A stretch of DNA of 64,000 nucleotides, from assembly GCF_009914755.1 (NCBI RefSeq), contig NC_060946.1; one strand, 5' to 3'. A program made the translations under genes and the position numbers. Position 1 is the stretch's first letter; each line of letters begins with the position of its first letter. The notes below the pieces were generated by a model. The model had not been told where the DNA came from. It worked only from the letters and a program-made list of their open reading frames with translations, and made no database searches. The DNA comes from the human T2T-CHM13v2.0 reference genome, Homo sapiens. This document shows positions 27,230-41,255 of the stretch, piece by piece.

Positions 27230-30200
27230 ATACGTCATAAAGGAGTTTCTGAGAATGTTTCTGTCTAGTGGTTATGGGAAGATATTTGCTTTTTCACCTT
27301 AGGCCTCAGAGCGCTCAAAATATCCCCTTGCACATACTACAAAAAGAGCGCTTCAAAGCTGCTCTCTGAAACAGAATGTTCAACTCTATGGGTTGAATGC
27401 AAACATCACAAAGACGTTTCTGAGAATGCTTCTGTCTAGATTTGATATGAAGATATTCCCGTTTCCAAAGAAATCTTCAAATCTATCCAAATGTCCACTT
27501 GCAGATTCAACAAAAAGTGTTTTTCAGAACTGCTCTATCAAAAGAAAGATCCACGTCTCTTAGCTGAGTTCACACATCACAAACAAGTTTATGAGAATGC
27601 TTCTGTCTAGTTTTTATTTGAAGATATTTCCTTTCTCACCATAGACCTGAAAGCTGTCCTAATGTTCACTTCCAGATACTACAGAAAGAGTGTTTCAAAA
27701 CTGCTGTACGAAAGGGAATGTTCAACTCTGTGACTTGAATGCACACATCACAAAGAAGTTTCTGAGGATGCTGCTGTCTACTTTTTATACGTAATCCCGT
27801 TTCCAACGAAATCCTCCAAGCTATCCAAATATCCACTTGCAGATTCCACAGAAAGACTGTTTCAAAACTGCTCTGTCAATAGAAAGGTTCAACTCTGTTA
27901 GCTGCGTACATATATCCCAAAGAAGATTCTGAGATTGCTTCTGTCTACTTTTTATGAGAAGATATTTCCCTTTTCACCGTAGGCGTCAAGGTGCTCAAAA
28001 TGTCCACTTCCAGATACTACAAAAAGAGTGTTTCAAACCTACTCTGTGAAAGGGAATATTCAACTCTGTGACTTGAATGCACATATCACAAAGAAGCTTC
28101 TGAGAATGCTTCTGTCGAGATTTTATATGAAGATATTCTCGTTTCCAACGAAATCCTGAAATCTATCCAAATATCCCCTCACAGATTCTACAAAAAGAGT
28201 GTTTCAAAACTGCTCTGTAAAAAGAAAGGTTCAACTCTGTTAGTTGAGTACACACATCACAAACAAGTTTCACAGAATGCTTCTTTCTAGCTTGTAGGGG
28301 AAGATATTCCCTTTATCACCATGGGCCTCAAACCGTCCGAAACGTCCACTTCCATATACTACAAAAAGAGCGTTTCAAACCTGCTCTAGGAAAGGCAGTG
28401 TTCAACTCTGTGACTTGAATGCAGACATCACAGAGCAGTTTCTGAGAATGCTTCTGTCTAGATTTTATAGGAAGATATTCCCGTTTCCAACGAAATCTTC
28501 ACAGCTATCCAAATATCCACTTGCAGATTCTGCAAAAAGAGTGTATCAAAACTGCTCAGTCAAAAGGAAGGTTCTTCTCTGTTAGGTGAGTGCATACGTC
28601 ATAAAGGAGTTTCTGAGAATGTTTCTGTCTAGTGGTTATGGGAAGATATTTGCTTTTTCACCGTAGGCCTCAGAGCGCTCCAAATATCCACTTGCACATA
28701 CTACAAAAAGAGTGCCTCAAAGCTGCTCTCTGAAACGGAATGTTCAACTCTATGAGTTGAATGCCAACATCACAAAGACGTTTCTGAGAATGCTTCTGTC
28801 TAGACTTGATATGAAGATATTCCCGTTTCCAACGAAATCTTCAAATCTATCCAAATGTCCACTTGCAGATTCAACAAAAAGTGTTTTTCAGAACTGCTCT
28901 ATCAAAAGAAAGATCCACCTCTGTTAGCTGAGTTCACACATCACAAACAAGTTTATGAGAATGCTTCTGTCTAGTTTTTATTTGAAGATATTTCCTTTCT
29001 CACCATAGACCTGAAAGCTGTCCTAATGTTCACTTCCAGATACTACAGAAAGAGTGTTTCAATACTGCTGTACGAAAGGGAATGTTCAACTCTGTGACTT
29101 GAATGCACACATCACAAAGAAGTTTCTGAGGATGCTGCTGTCTACTTTTTATACGTAATCCCGTTTCCAACGAAATCCTCCAAGCTATCCAAATATCCAC
29201 TTGCAGATTCCACAGAAAGACTGTTTCAAAACTGCTCTGTCAATAGAAAGGTTCAACTCTGTTAGCTGCGTGCATATATCCCAAAGAAGATTCTGAGATT
29301 GCTTCTGTCTAGTTTTTATGGGAAGATATTTCCCTTTTCACCGTAGGCGTCAAGGCGCTCCAAATGTCCACTTCCAGATACTACAAAAAGAGTGTTTCAA
29401 ACCTACTCTGTGAAAGGGAATATTGAACTCTGTGACTTGAATGCACATATCACAAAGAAGCTTCTGAGAATGCTTCTGTCGAGATTTTATATGAAGATAT
29501 TCCCGTTTCCAACGAAATCCTGAAATCTATCCAAATATCCCCTCGCAGATTCTACAAAAAGAGTGTTTCAAAACTGCTCTGTAAAAAGAAAGGTTCAACT
29601 CTATTAGTTGAGTACACACATCACAAACAAGTTTCACAGAATGCTTCTTTCTAGCTTGTAGGGGAAGATATTCCCTTTATCACCATGGGCCTCAAACCGT
29701 CCGAAACGTCCACTTCCATATACTACAAAAAGAGCGTTTCAAACCTGCTCTAGGAAAGGCAATGTTCAACTCTGTGACTTGAATGCAGACATCACATAGC
29801 AGTTTCTGAGAATGCTTCTGTCTAGATTTTATAGGAAGATATTCCCGTTTCCAACGAAATCTTCACAGCTATCCAAATATCCACTTGCAGATTCTACAAA
29901 AAGAGTGTATCAAAACTGCTCTGTCAAAAGGAAGGTTCTTCTCTGTTAGTTGAGTACATACGTCATAAAGGAGTTTCTGAGAATGTTTCTGTCTAGTGGT
30001 TATGGGAAGATATTTGCTTTTTCACCGTAGGCCTCAGAGCGCTCAAAATATCCCCTTGCACATACTACAAAAAGAGCGCTTCAAAGCTGCTCTCTGAAAC
30101 AGAATGTTCAACTCTATGGGTTGAATGCAAACATCACAAAGACGTTTCTGAGAATGCTTCTGTCTAGATTTGATATGAAGATATTCCCGTTTCCAAAGAA

Positions 30201-33200
30201 ATCTTCAAATCTATCCAAATGTCCACTTGCAGATTCAACAAAAAGTGTTTTTCAGAACTGCTCTATCAAAAGAAAGATCCACGTCTCTTAGCTGAGTTCA
30301 CACATCACAAACAAGTTTATGAGAATGCTTCTGTCTAGTTTTTATTTGAAGATATTTCCTTTCTCACCATAGACCTGAAAGCTGTCCTAATGTTCACTTC
30401 CAGATACTACAGAAAGAGTGTTTCAAAACTGCTGTACGAAAGGGAATGTTCAACTCTGTGACTTGAATGCACACATCACAAAGAAGTTTCTGAGGATGCT
30501 GCTGTCTACTTTTTATACGTAATCCCGTTTCCAAGGAAATCCTCCAAGCTATCCAAATATCCACTTGCAGATTCCACAGAAAGACTGTTTCAAAACTGCT
30601 CTGTCAATAGAAAGGTTCAACTCTGTTAGCTGCGTACATATATCCCAAAGAAGATTCTGAGATTGCTTCTGTCTACTTTTTATGAGAAGATATTTCCCTT
30701 TTCACCGTAGGCGTCAAGGTGCTCAAAATGTCCACTTCCAGATACTACAAAAAGAGTGTTTCAAACCTACTCTGTGAAAGGGAATATTCAACTCTGTGAC
30801 TTGAATGCACATATCACAAAGAAGCTTCTGAGAATGCTTCTGTCGAGATTTTATATGAAGATATTCTCGTTTCCAACGAAATCCTGAAATCTATCCAAAT
30901 ATCCCCTCACAGATTCTACAAAAAGAGTGTTTCAAAACTGCTCTGTAAAAAGAAAGGTTCAACTCTGTTAGTTGAGTACACACATCACAAACAAGTTTCA
31001 CAGAATGCTTCTTTCTAGCTTGTAGGGGAAGATATTCCCTTTATCACCATGGGCCTCAAACCGTCCGAAACGTCCACTTCCATATACTACAAAAAGAGCG
31101 TTTCAAACCTGCTCTAGGAAAGGCAGTGTTCAACTCTGTGACTTGAATGCAGACATCACAGAGCAGTTTCTGAGAATGCTTCTGTCTAGATTTTATAGGA
31201 AGATATTCCCGTTTCCAACGAAATCTTCACAGCTATCCAAATATCCACTTGCAGATTCTGCAAAAAGAGTGTATCAAAACTGCTCAGTCAAAAGGAAGGT
31301 TCTTCTCTGTTAGGTGAGTGCATACGTCATAAAGGAGTTTCTGAGAATGTTTCTGTCTAGTGGTTATGGGAAGATATTTGCTTTTTCACCGTAGGCCTCA
31401 GAGCGCTCCAAATATCCACTTGCACATACTACAAAAAGAGTGCCTCAAAGCTGCTCTCTGAAACGGAATGTTCAACTCTATGAGTTGAATGCCAACATCA
31501 CAAAGACGTTTCTGAGAATGCTTCTGTCTAGACTTGATATGAAGATATTCCCGTTTCCAACGAAATCTTCAAATCTATCCAAATGTCCACTTGCAGATTC
31601 AACAAAAAGTGTTTTTCAGAACTGCTCTATCAAAAGAAAGATCCACCTCTGTTAGCTGAGTTCACACATCACAAACAAGTTTATGAGAATGCTTCTGTCT
31701 AGTTTTTATTTGAAGATATTTCCTTTCTCACCATAGACCTGAAAGCTGTCCTAATGTTCACTTCCAGATACTACAGAAAGAGTGTTTCAATACTGCTGTA
31801 CGAAAGGGAATGTTCAACTCTGTGACTTGAATGCACACATCACAAAGAAGTTTCTGAGGATGCTGCTGTCTACTTTTTATACGTAATCCCGTTTCCAACG
31901 AAATCCTCCAAGCTATCCAAATATCCACTTGCAGATTCCACAGAAAGACTGTTTCAAAACTGCTCTGTCAATAGAAAGGTTCAACTCTGTTAGCTGCGTG
32001 CATATATCCCAAAGAAGATTCTGAGATTGCTTCTGTCTACTTTTTATGAGAAGATATTTCCCTTTTCACCGTAGGCGTCAAGGCGCTCCAAATGTCCACT
32101 TCCAGATACTACGAAAAGAGTGTTTCAAACCTACTCTGTGAAAGGGAATATTGAACTCTGTGACTTGAATGCACATATCACAAAGAAGCTTCTGAGAATG
32201 CTTCTGTCGAGATTTTATATGAAGATATTCCCGTTTCCAACGAAATCCTGAAATCTATCCAAATATCCCCTCGCAGATTCTACAAAAAGAGTGTTTCAAA
32301 ACTGCTCTGTAAAAAGAAAGGTTCAACTCTATTAGTTGAGTACACACATCACAAACAAGTTTCACAGAATGCTTCTTTCTAGCTTGTAGGGGAAGATATT
32401 CCCTTTATCACCATGGGCCTCAAACCGTCCGAAACGTCCACTTCCATATACTACAAAAAGAGCGTTTCAAACCTGCTCTAGGAAAGGCAATGTTCAACTC
32501 TGTGACTTGAATGCAGACATCACATAGCAGTTTCTGAGAATGCTTCTGTCTAGATTTTATAGGAAGATATTCCCGTTTCCAACGAAATCTTCACAGCTAT
32601 CCAAATATCCACTTGCAGATTCTACAAAAAGAGTGTATCAAAACTGCTCTGTCAAAAGGAAGGTTCTTCTCTGTTAGTTGAGTACATACGTCATAAAGGA
32701 GTTTCTGAGAATGTTTCTGTCTAGTGGTTATGGGAAGATATTTGCTTTTTCACCTTAGGCCTCAGAGCGCTCAAAATATCCCCTTGCACATACTACAAAA
32801 AGAGTGCTTCAAAGCTGCTCTCTGAAACAGAATGTTCAACTCTATGGGTTGAATGCAAACATCACAAAGACGTTTCTGAGAATGCTTCTGTCTAGATTTG
32901 ATATGAAGATATTCCCGTTTCCAAAGAAATCTTCAAATCTATCCAAATGTCCACTTGCAGATTCAACAAAAAGTGTTTTTCAGAACTGCTCTATCAAAAG
33001 AAAGATCCACGTCTCTTAGCTGAGTTCACACATCACAAACAAGTTTATGAGAATGCTTCTGTCTAGTTTTTATTTGAAGATATTTCCTTTCTCACCATAG
33101 ACCTGAAAGCTGTCCTAATGTTCACTTCCAGATACTACAGAAAGAGTGTTTCAAAACTGCTGTACGAAAGGGAATGTTCAACTCTGTGACTTGAATGCAC

Positions 33201-36200
33201 ACATCAGAAAGAAGTTTCTGAGGATGCTGCTGTCTACTTTTTATACGTAATCCCGTTTCCAACGAAATCCTCCAAGCTATCCAAATATCCACTTGCAGAT
33301 TCCACAGAAAGACTGTTTCAAAACTGCTCTGTCAATAGAAAGGTTCAACTCTGTTAGCTGCGTGCATATATCCCAAAGAAGATTCTGAGATTGCTTCTGT
33401 CTACTTTTTATGAGAAGATATTTCCCTTTTCACCGTAGGCGTCAAGGCGCTCCAAATGTCCACTTCCAGATACTACAAAAAGAGTGTTTCAAACCTACTC
33501 TGTGAAAGGGAATATTGAACTCTGTGACTTGAATGCACATATCACAAAGAAGCTTCTGAGAATGCTTCTGTCGAGATTTTATATGAAGATATTCCCGTTT
33601 CCAACGAAATCCTGAAATCTATCCAAATATCCCCTCGCAGATTCTACAAAAAGAGTGTTTCAAAACTGCTCTGTAAAAAGAAAGGTTCAACTCTATTAGT
33701 TGAGTACACACATCACAAACAAGTTTCACAGAATGCTTCTTTCTAGCTTGTAGGGGAAGATATTCCCTTTATCACCATGGGCCTCAAACCGTCCGAAACG
33801 TCCACTTCCATATACTACAAAAAGAGCGTTTCAAACCTGCTCTAGGAAAGGCAATGTTCAACTCTGTGACTTGAATGCAGACATCACATAGCAGTTTCTG
33901 AGAATGCTTCTGTCTAGATTTTATAGGAAGATATTCCCGTTTCCAACGAAATCTTCACAGCTATCCAAATATCCACTTGCAGATTCTACAAAAAGAGTGT
34001 ATCAAAACTGCTCTGTCAAAAGGAAGGTTCTTCTCTGTTAGTTGAGTACATATGTCATAAAGGAGTTTGTGAGAATGTTTCTGTCTAGTGGTTATGGGAA
34101 GATACTTGCTTTTTCACCTTAGGCCTCAGAGCGCTCAAAATATCCCCTTGCACATACTACAAAAAGAGCGCTTCAAAGCTGCTCTCTGAAACGGAATGTT
34201 CAACTCTATGGGTTGAATGCAAACATCACAAAGACGTTTCTGAGAATGCTTCTGTCTAGATTTGATATGAAGATATTCCCGTTTCCAAAGAAATCTTCAA
34301 ATCTATCCAAATGTCCACTTGCAGATTCAACAAAAAGTGTTTTTCAGAACTGCTCTATCAAAAGAAAGATCCACGTCTCTTAGCTGAGTTCACACATCAC
34401 AAACAAGTTTATGAGAATGCTTCTGTCTAGTTTTTATTTGAAGATATTTCCTTTCTCACCATAGACCTGAAAGCTGTCCTAATGTTCACTTCCAGATACT
34501 ACAGAAAGAGTGTTTCAAAACTGCTGTACGAAAGGGAATGTTCAACTCTGTGACTTGAATGCACACATCACAAAGAAGTTTCTGAGGATGCTGCTGTCTA
34601 CTTTTTATACGTAATCCCGTTTCCAACGAAATCCTCCAAGCTATCCAAATATCCACTTGCAGATTCCACAGAAAGACTGTTTCAAAACTGCTCTGTCAAT
34701 AGAAAGGTTCAACTCTGTTAGCTGCGTACATATATCCCAAAGAAGATTCTGAGATTGCTTCTGTCTACTTTTTATGAGAAGATATTTCCCTTTTCACCGT
34801 AGGCGTCAAGGTGCTCAAAATGTCCACTTCCAGATACTACAAAAAGAGTGTTTCAAACCTACTCTGTGAAAGGGAATATTCAACTCTGTGACTTGAATGC
34901 ACATATCACAAAGAAGCTTCTGAGAATGCTTCTGTCGAGATTTTATATGAAGATATTCTCGTTTCCAACGAAATCCTGAAATCTATCCAAATATCCCCTC
35001 ACAGATTCTACAAAAAGAGTGTTTCAAAACTGCTCTGTAAAAAGAAAGGTTCAACTCTGTTAGTTGAGTACACACATCACAAACAAGTTTCACAGAATGC
35101 TTCTTTCTAGCTTGTAGGGGAAGATATTCCCTTTATCACCATGGGCCTCAAACCGTCCGAAACGTCCACTTCCATATACTACAAAAAGAGCGTTTCAAAC
35201 CTGCTCTAGGAAAGGCAGTGTTCAACTCTGTGACTTGAATGCAGACATCACAGAGCAGTTTCTGAGAATGCTTCTGTCTAGATTTTATAGGAAGATATTC
35301 CCGTTTCCAACGAAATCTTCACAGCTATCCAAATATCCACTTGCAGATTCTGCAAAAAGAGTGTATCAAAACTGCTCAGTCAAAAGGAAGGTTCTTCTCT
35401 GTTAGGTGAGTGCATACGTCATAAAGAAGTTTCTGAGAATGTTTCTGTCTAGTGGTTATGGGAAGATATTTGCTTTTTCACCGTAGGCCTCAGAGCGCTC
35501 CAAATATCCACTTGCACATACTACAAAAAGAGTGCCTCAAAGCTGCTCTCTGAAACGGAATGTTCAACTCTATGAGTTGAATGCCAACATCACAAAGACG
35601 TTTCTGAGAATGCTTCTGTCTAGACTTGATATGAAGATATTCCCGTTTCCAACGAAATCTTCAAATCTATCCAAATGTCCACTTGCAGATTCAACAAAAA
35701 GTGTTTTTCAGAACTGCTCTATCAAAAGAAAGATCCACCTCTGTTAGCTGAGTTCACACATCACAAACAAGTTTATGAGAATGCTTCTGTCTAGTTTTTA
35801 TTTGAAGATATTTCCTTTCTCACCATAGACCTGAAAGCTGTCCTAATGTTCACTTCCAGATACTACAGAAAGAGTGTTTCAATACTGCTGTACGAAAGGG
35901 AATGTTCAACTCTGTGACTTGAATGCACACATCACAAAGAAGTTTCTGAGGATGCTGCTGTCTACTTTTTATACGTAATCCCGTTTCCAACGAAATCCTC
36001 CAAGCTATCCAAATATCCACTTGCAGATTCCACAGAAAGACTGTTTCAAAACTGCTCTGTCAATAGAAAGGTTCAACTCTGTTAGCTGCGTGCATATATC
36101 CCAAAGAAGATTCTGAGATTGCTTCTGTCTACTTTTTATGAGAAGATATTTCCCTTTTCACCGTAGGCGTCAAGGCGCTCCAAATGTCCACTTCCAGATA

Positions 36201-39200
36201 CTACAAAAAGAGTGTTTCAAACCTACTCTGTGAAAGGGAATATTGAACTCTGTGACTTGAATGCACATATCACAAAGAAGTTTCTGAGAATGCTTCTGTC
36301 GAGATTTTATATGAAGATATTCCCGTTTCCAACGAAATCCTGAAATCTATCCAAATATCCCCTCGCAGATTCTACAAAAAGAGTGTTTCAAAACTGCTCT
36401 GTAAAAAGAAAGGTTCAACTCTATTAGTTGAGTACACACATCACAAACAAGTTTCACAGAATGCTTCTTTCTAGCTTGTAGGGGAAGATATTCCCTTTAT
36501 CACCATGGGCCTCAAACCGTCCGAAACGTCCACTTCCATATACTACAAAAAGAGCGTTTCAAACCTGCTCTAGGAAAGGCAATGTTCAACTCTGTGACTT
36601 GAATGCAGACATCACATAGCAGTTTCTGAGAATGCTTCTGTCTAGATTTTATAGGAAGATATTCCCGTTTCCAACGAAATCTTCACAGCTATCCAAATAT
36701 CCACTTGCAGATTCTACAAAAAGAGTGTATCAAAACTGCTCTGTCAAAAGGAAGGTTCTTCTCTGTTAGTTGAGTACATACGTCATAAAGGAGTTTCTGA
36801 GAATGTTTCTGTCTAGTGGTTATGGGAAGATATTTGCTTTTTCACCTTAGGCCTCAGAGCGCTCAAAATATCCCCTTGCACATACTACAAAAAGAGCGCT
36901 TCAAAGCTGCCCTCTGAAACAGAATGTTCAACTCTATGGGTTGAATGCAAACATCACAAAGACGTTTCTGAGAATGCTTCTGTCTAGATTTGATATGAAG
37001 ATATTCCCGTTTCCAAAGAAATCTTCAAATCTATCCAAATGTCCACTTGCAGATTCAACAAAAAGTGTTTTTCAGAACTGCTCTATCAAAAGAAAGATCC
37101 ACGTCTCTTAGCTGAGTTCACACATCACAAACAAGTTTATGAGAATGCTTCTGTCTAGTTTTTATTTGAAGATATTTCCTTTCTCACCATAGACCTGAAA
37201 GCTGTCCTAATGTTCACTTCCAGATACTACAGAAAGAGTGTTTCAAAACTGCTGTACGAAAGGGAATGTTCAACTCTGTGACTTGAATGCACACATCACA
37301 AAGAAGTTTCTGAGGATGCTGCTGTCTACTTTTTATACGTAATCCCGTTTCCAACGAAATCCTCCAAGCTATCCAAATATCCACTTGCAGATTCCACAGA
37401 AAGACTGTTTCAAAACTGCTCTGTCAATAGAAAGGTTCAACTCTGTTAGCTGCGTACATATATCCCAAAGAAGATTCTGAGATTGCTTCTGTCTACTTTT
37501 TATGAGAAGATATTTCCCTTTTCACCGTAGGCGTCAAGGTGCTCAAAATGTCCACTTCCAGATACTACAAAAAGAGTGTTTCAAACCTACTCTGTGAAAG
37601 GGAATATTCAACTCTGTGACTTGAATGCACATATCACAAAGAAGCTTCTGAGAATGCTTCTGTCGAGATTTTATATGAAGATATTCCCGTTTCCAACGAA
37701 ATCCTGAAATCTATCCAAATATCCCCTCGCAGATTCTACAAAAAGAGTGTTTCAAAACTGCTCTGTAAAAAGAAAGGTTCAACTCTGTTAGTTGAGTACA
37801 CACATCACAAACAAGTTTCACAGAATGCTTCTTTCTAGCTTGTAGGGGAAGATATTCCCTTTATCACCATGGGCCTCAAACCGTACGAAACGTCCACTTC
37901 CATATACTACAAAAAGAGCGTTTCAAACCTGCTCTAGGAAAGGCAGTGTTCAACTCTGTGACTTGAATGCAGACATCACAGAGCAGTTTCTGAGAATGCT
38001 TCTGTCTAGATTTTATAGGAAGATATTCCCGTTTCCAACGAAATCTTCACAGCTATCCAAATATCCACTTGCAGATTCTGCAAAAAGAGTGTATCAAAAC
38101 TGCTCAGTCAAAAGGAAGGTTCTTCTCTGTTAGGTGAGTGCATACGTCATAAAGGAGTTTCTGAGAATGTTTCTGTCTAGTGGTTATGGGAAGATATTTG
38201 CTTTTTCACCGTAGGCCTCAGAGCGCTCCAAATATCCACTTGCACATACTACAAAAAGAGTGCCTCAAAGCTGCTCTCTGAAACGGAATGTTCAACTCTA
38301 TGAGTTGAATGCCAACATCACAAAGACGTTTCTGAGAATGCTTCTGTCTAGACTTGATATGAAGATATTCCCGTTTCCAACGAAATCTTCAAATCTATCC
38401 AAATGTCCACTTGCAGATTCAACAAAAAGTGTTTTTCAGAACTGCTCTATCAAAAGAAAGATCCACCTCTGTTAGCTGAGTTCACACATCACAAACAAGT
38501 TTATGAGAATGCTTCTGTCTAGTTTTTATTTGAAGATATTTCCTTTCTCACCATAGACCTGAAAGCTGTCCTAATGTTCACTTCTAGATACTACAGAAAG
38601 AGTGTTTCAATACTGCTGTACGAAAGGGAATGTTCAACTCTGTGACTTGAATGCACACATCACAAAGAAGTTTCTGAGGATGCTGCTGTCTACTTTTTAT
38701 ACGTAATCCCGTTTCCAACGAAATCCTCCAAGCTATCCAAATATCCACTTGCAGATTCCACAGAAAGACTGTTTCAAAACTGCTCTGTCAATAGAAAGGT
38801 TCAACTCTGTTAGCTGCGTGCATATATCCCAAAGAAGATTCTGAGATTGCTTCTGTCTACTTTTTATGAGAAGATATTTCCCTTTTCACCGTAGGCGTCA
38901 AGGCGCTCCAAATGTCCACTTCCAGATACTACAAAAAGAGTGTTTCAAACCTACTCTGTGAAAGGGAATATTGAACTCTGTGACTTGAATGCACATATCA
39001 CAAAGAAGCTTCTGAGAATGCTTCTGTCGAGATTTTCTATGAAGATATTCCCGTTTCCAACGAAATCCTGAAATCTATCCAAATATCCCCTCGCAGATTC
39101 TACAAAAAGAGTGTTTCAAAACTGCTCTGTAAAAAGAAAGGTTCAACTCTATTAGTTGAGTACACACATCACAAACAAGTTTCACAGAATGCTTCTTTCT

Positions 39201-41255
39201 AGCTTGTAGGGGAAGATATTCCCTTTATCACCATGGGCCTCAAACCGTCCGAAACGTCCACTTCCATATACTACAAAAAGAGCGTTTCAAACCTGCTCTA
39301 GGAAAGGCAATGTTCAACTCTGTGACTTGAATGCAGACATCACATAGCAGTTTCTGAGAATGCTTCTGTCTAGATTTTATAGGAAGATATTCCCGTTTCC
39401 AACGAAATCTTCACAGCTATCCAAATATCCACTTGCAGATTCTACAAAAAGAGTGTATCAAAACTGCTCTGTCAAAAGGAAGGTTCTTCTCTGTTAGTTG
39501 AGTACATACGTCATAAAGGAGTTTCTGAGAATGTTTCTGTCTAGTGGTTATGGGAAGATATTTGCTTTTTCACCTTAGGCCTCAGAGCGCTCAAAATATC
39601 CCCTTGCACATACTACAAAAAGAGCGCTTCAAAGCTGCTCTCTGAAACGGAATGTTCAACTCTATGGGTTGAATGCAAACATCACAAAGACGTTTCTGAG
39701 AATGCTTCTGTCTAGATTTGATATGAAGATATTCCCGTTTCCAAAGAAATCTTCAAATCTATCCAAATGTCCACTTGCAGATTCAACAAAAAGTGTTTTT
39801 CAGAACTGCTCTATCAAAAGAAAGATCCACGTCTCTTAGCTGAGTTCACACATCACAAACAAGTTTATGAGAATGCTTCTGTCTAGTTTTTATTTGAAGA
39901 TATTTCCTTTCTCACCATAGACCTGAAAGCTGTCCTAATGTTCACTTCCAGATACTACAGAAAGAGTGTTTCAAAACTGCTGTACGAAAGGGAATGTTCA
40001 ACTCTGTGACTTGAATGCACACATCACAAAGAAGTTTCTGAGGATGCTGCTGTCTACTTTTTATACGTAATCCCGTTTCCAACGAAATCCTCCAAGCTAT
40101 CCAAATATCCACTTGCAGATTCCACAGAAAGACTGTTTCAAAACTGCTCTGTCAATAGAAAGGTTCAACTCTGTTAGCTGCGTACATATATCCCAAAGAA
40201 GATTCTGAGATTGCTTCTGTCTACTTTTTATGAGAAGATATTTCCCTTTTCACCGTAGGCGTCAAGGTGCTCAAAATGTCCACTTCCAGATACTACAAAA
40301 AGAGTGTTTCAAACCTACTCTGTGAAAGGGAATATTCAACTCTGTGACTTGAATGCACATATCACAAAGAAGCTTCTGAGAATGCTTCTGTCGAGATTTT
40401 ATATGAAGATATTCTCGTTTCCAACGAAATCCTGAAATCTATCCAAATATCCCCTCACAGATTCTACAAAAAGAGTGTTTCAAAACTGCTCTGTAAAAAG
40501 AAAGGTTGAACTCTGTTACTTGAGTACACACATCACAAACAAGTTTCACAGAATGCTTCTTTCTAGCTTGTAGGGGAAGATATTCCCTTTATCACCATGG
40601 GCCTCAAACCGTCCGAAACGTCCACTTCCATATACTACAAAAAGAGCGTTTCAAACCTGCTCTAGGAAAGGCAGTGTTCAACTCTGTGACTTGAATGCAG
40701 ACATCACAGAGCAGTTTCTGAGAATGCTTCTGTCTATATTTTATAGGAAGATATTCCCGTTTCCAACGAAATCTTCACAGCTATCCAAATATCCACTTGC
40801 AGATTCTACAAAAAGAGTGTATCAAAACTGCTCTGTCAAAAGGAAGGTTCTTCTCTGTTAGTTGAGTACATACGTCATAAAGGAGTTTCTGAGAATGTTT
40901 CTGTCTAGTGGTTATGGGAAGATATTTGCTTTTTCAACTTAGGCCTCAGAGCGCTCAAAATATCCCCTTGCACATACTACAAAAAGAGCGCTTCAAAGCT
41001 GCTCTCTGAAACGGAATGTTCAACTCTATGGGTTGAATGCAAACATCACAAAGACGTTTCTGAGAATGCTTCTGTCTAGATTTGATATGAAGATATTCCC
41101 GTTTCCAAAGAAATCTTCAAATCTATCCAAATGTCCACTTGCAGATTCAACAAAAAGTGTTTTTCAGAACTGCTCTATCAAAAGAAAGATCCACGTCTCT
41201 TAGCTGAGTTCACACATCACAAACAAGTTTATGAGAATGCTTCTGTCTAGTTTTT
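27230..41255. repeat. Homogeneous block of two alternating HOR haplotypes (2728-bp 16-mer super-repeat)
   Basis: Identical marker ORFs at 28712, 31440, 35532 and 38260 (spacings 2728, 4092, 2728), with about 15 co-segregating SNVs. Confidence 0.9.
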
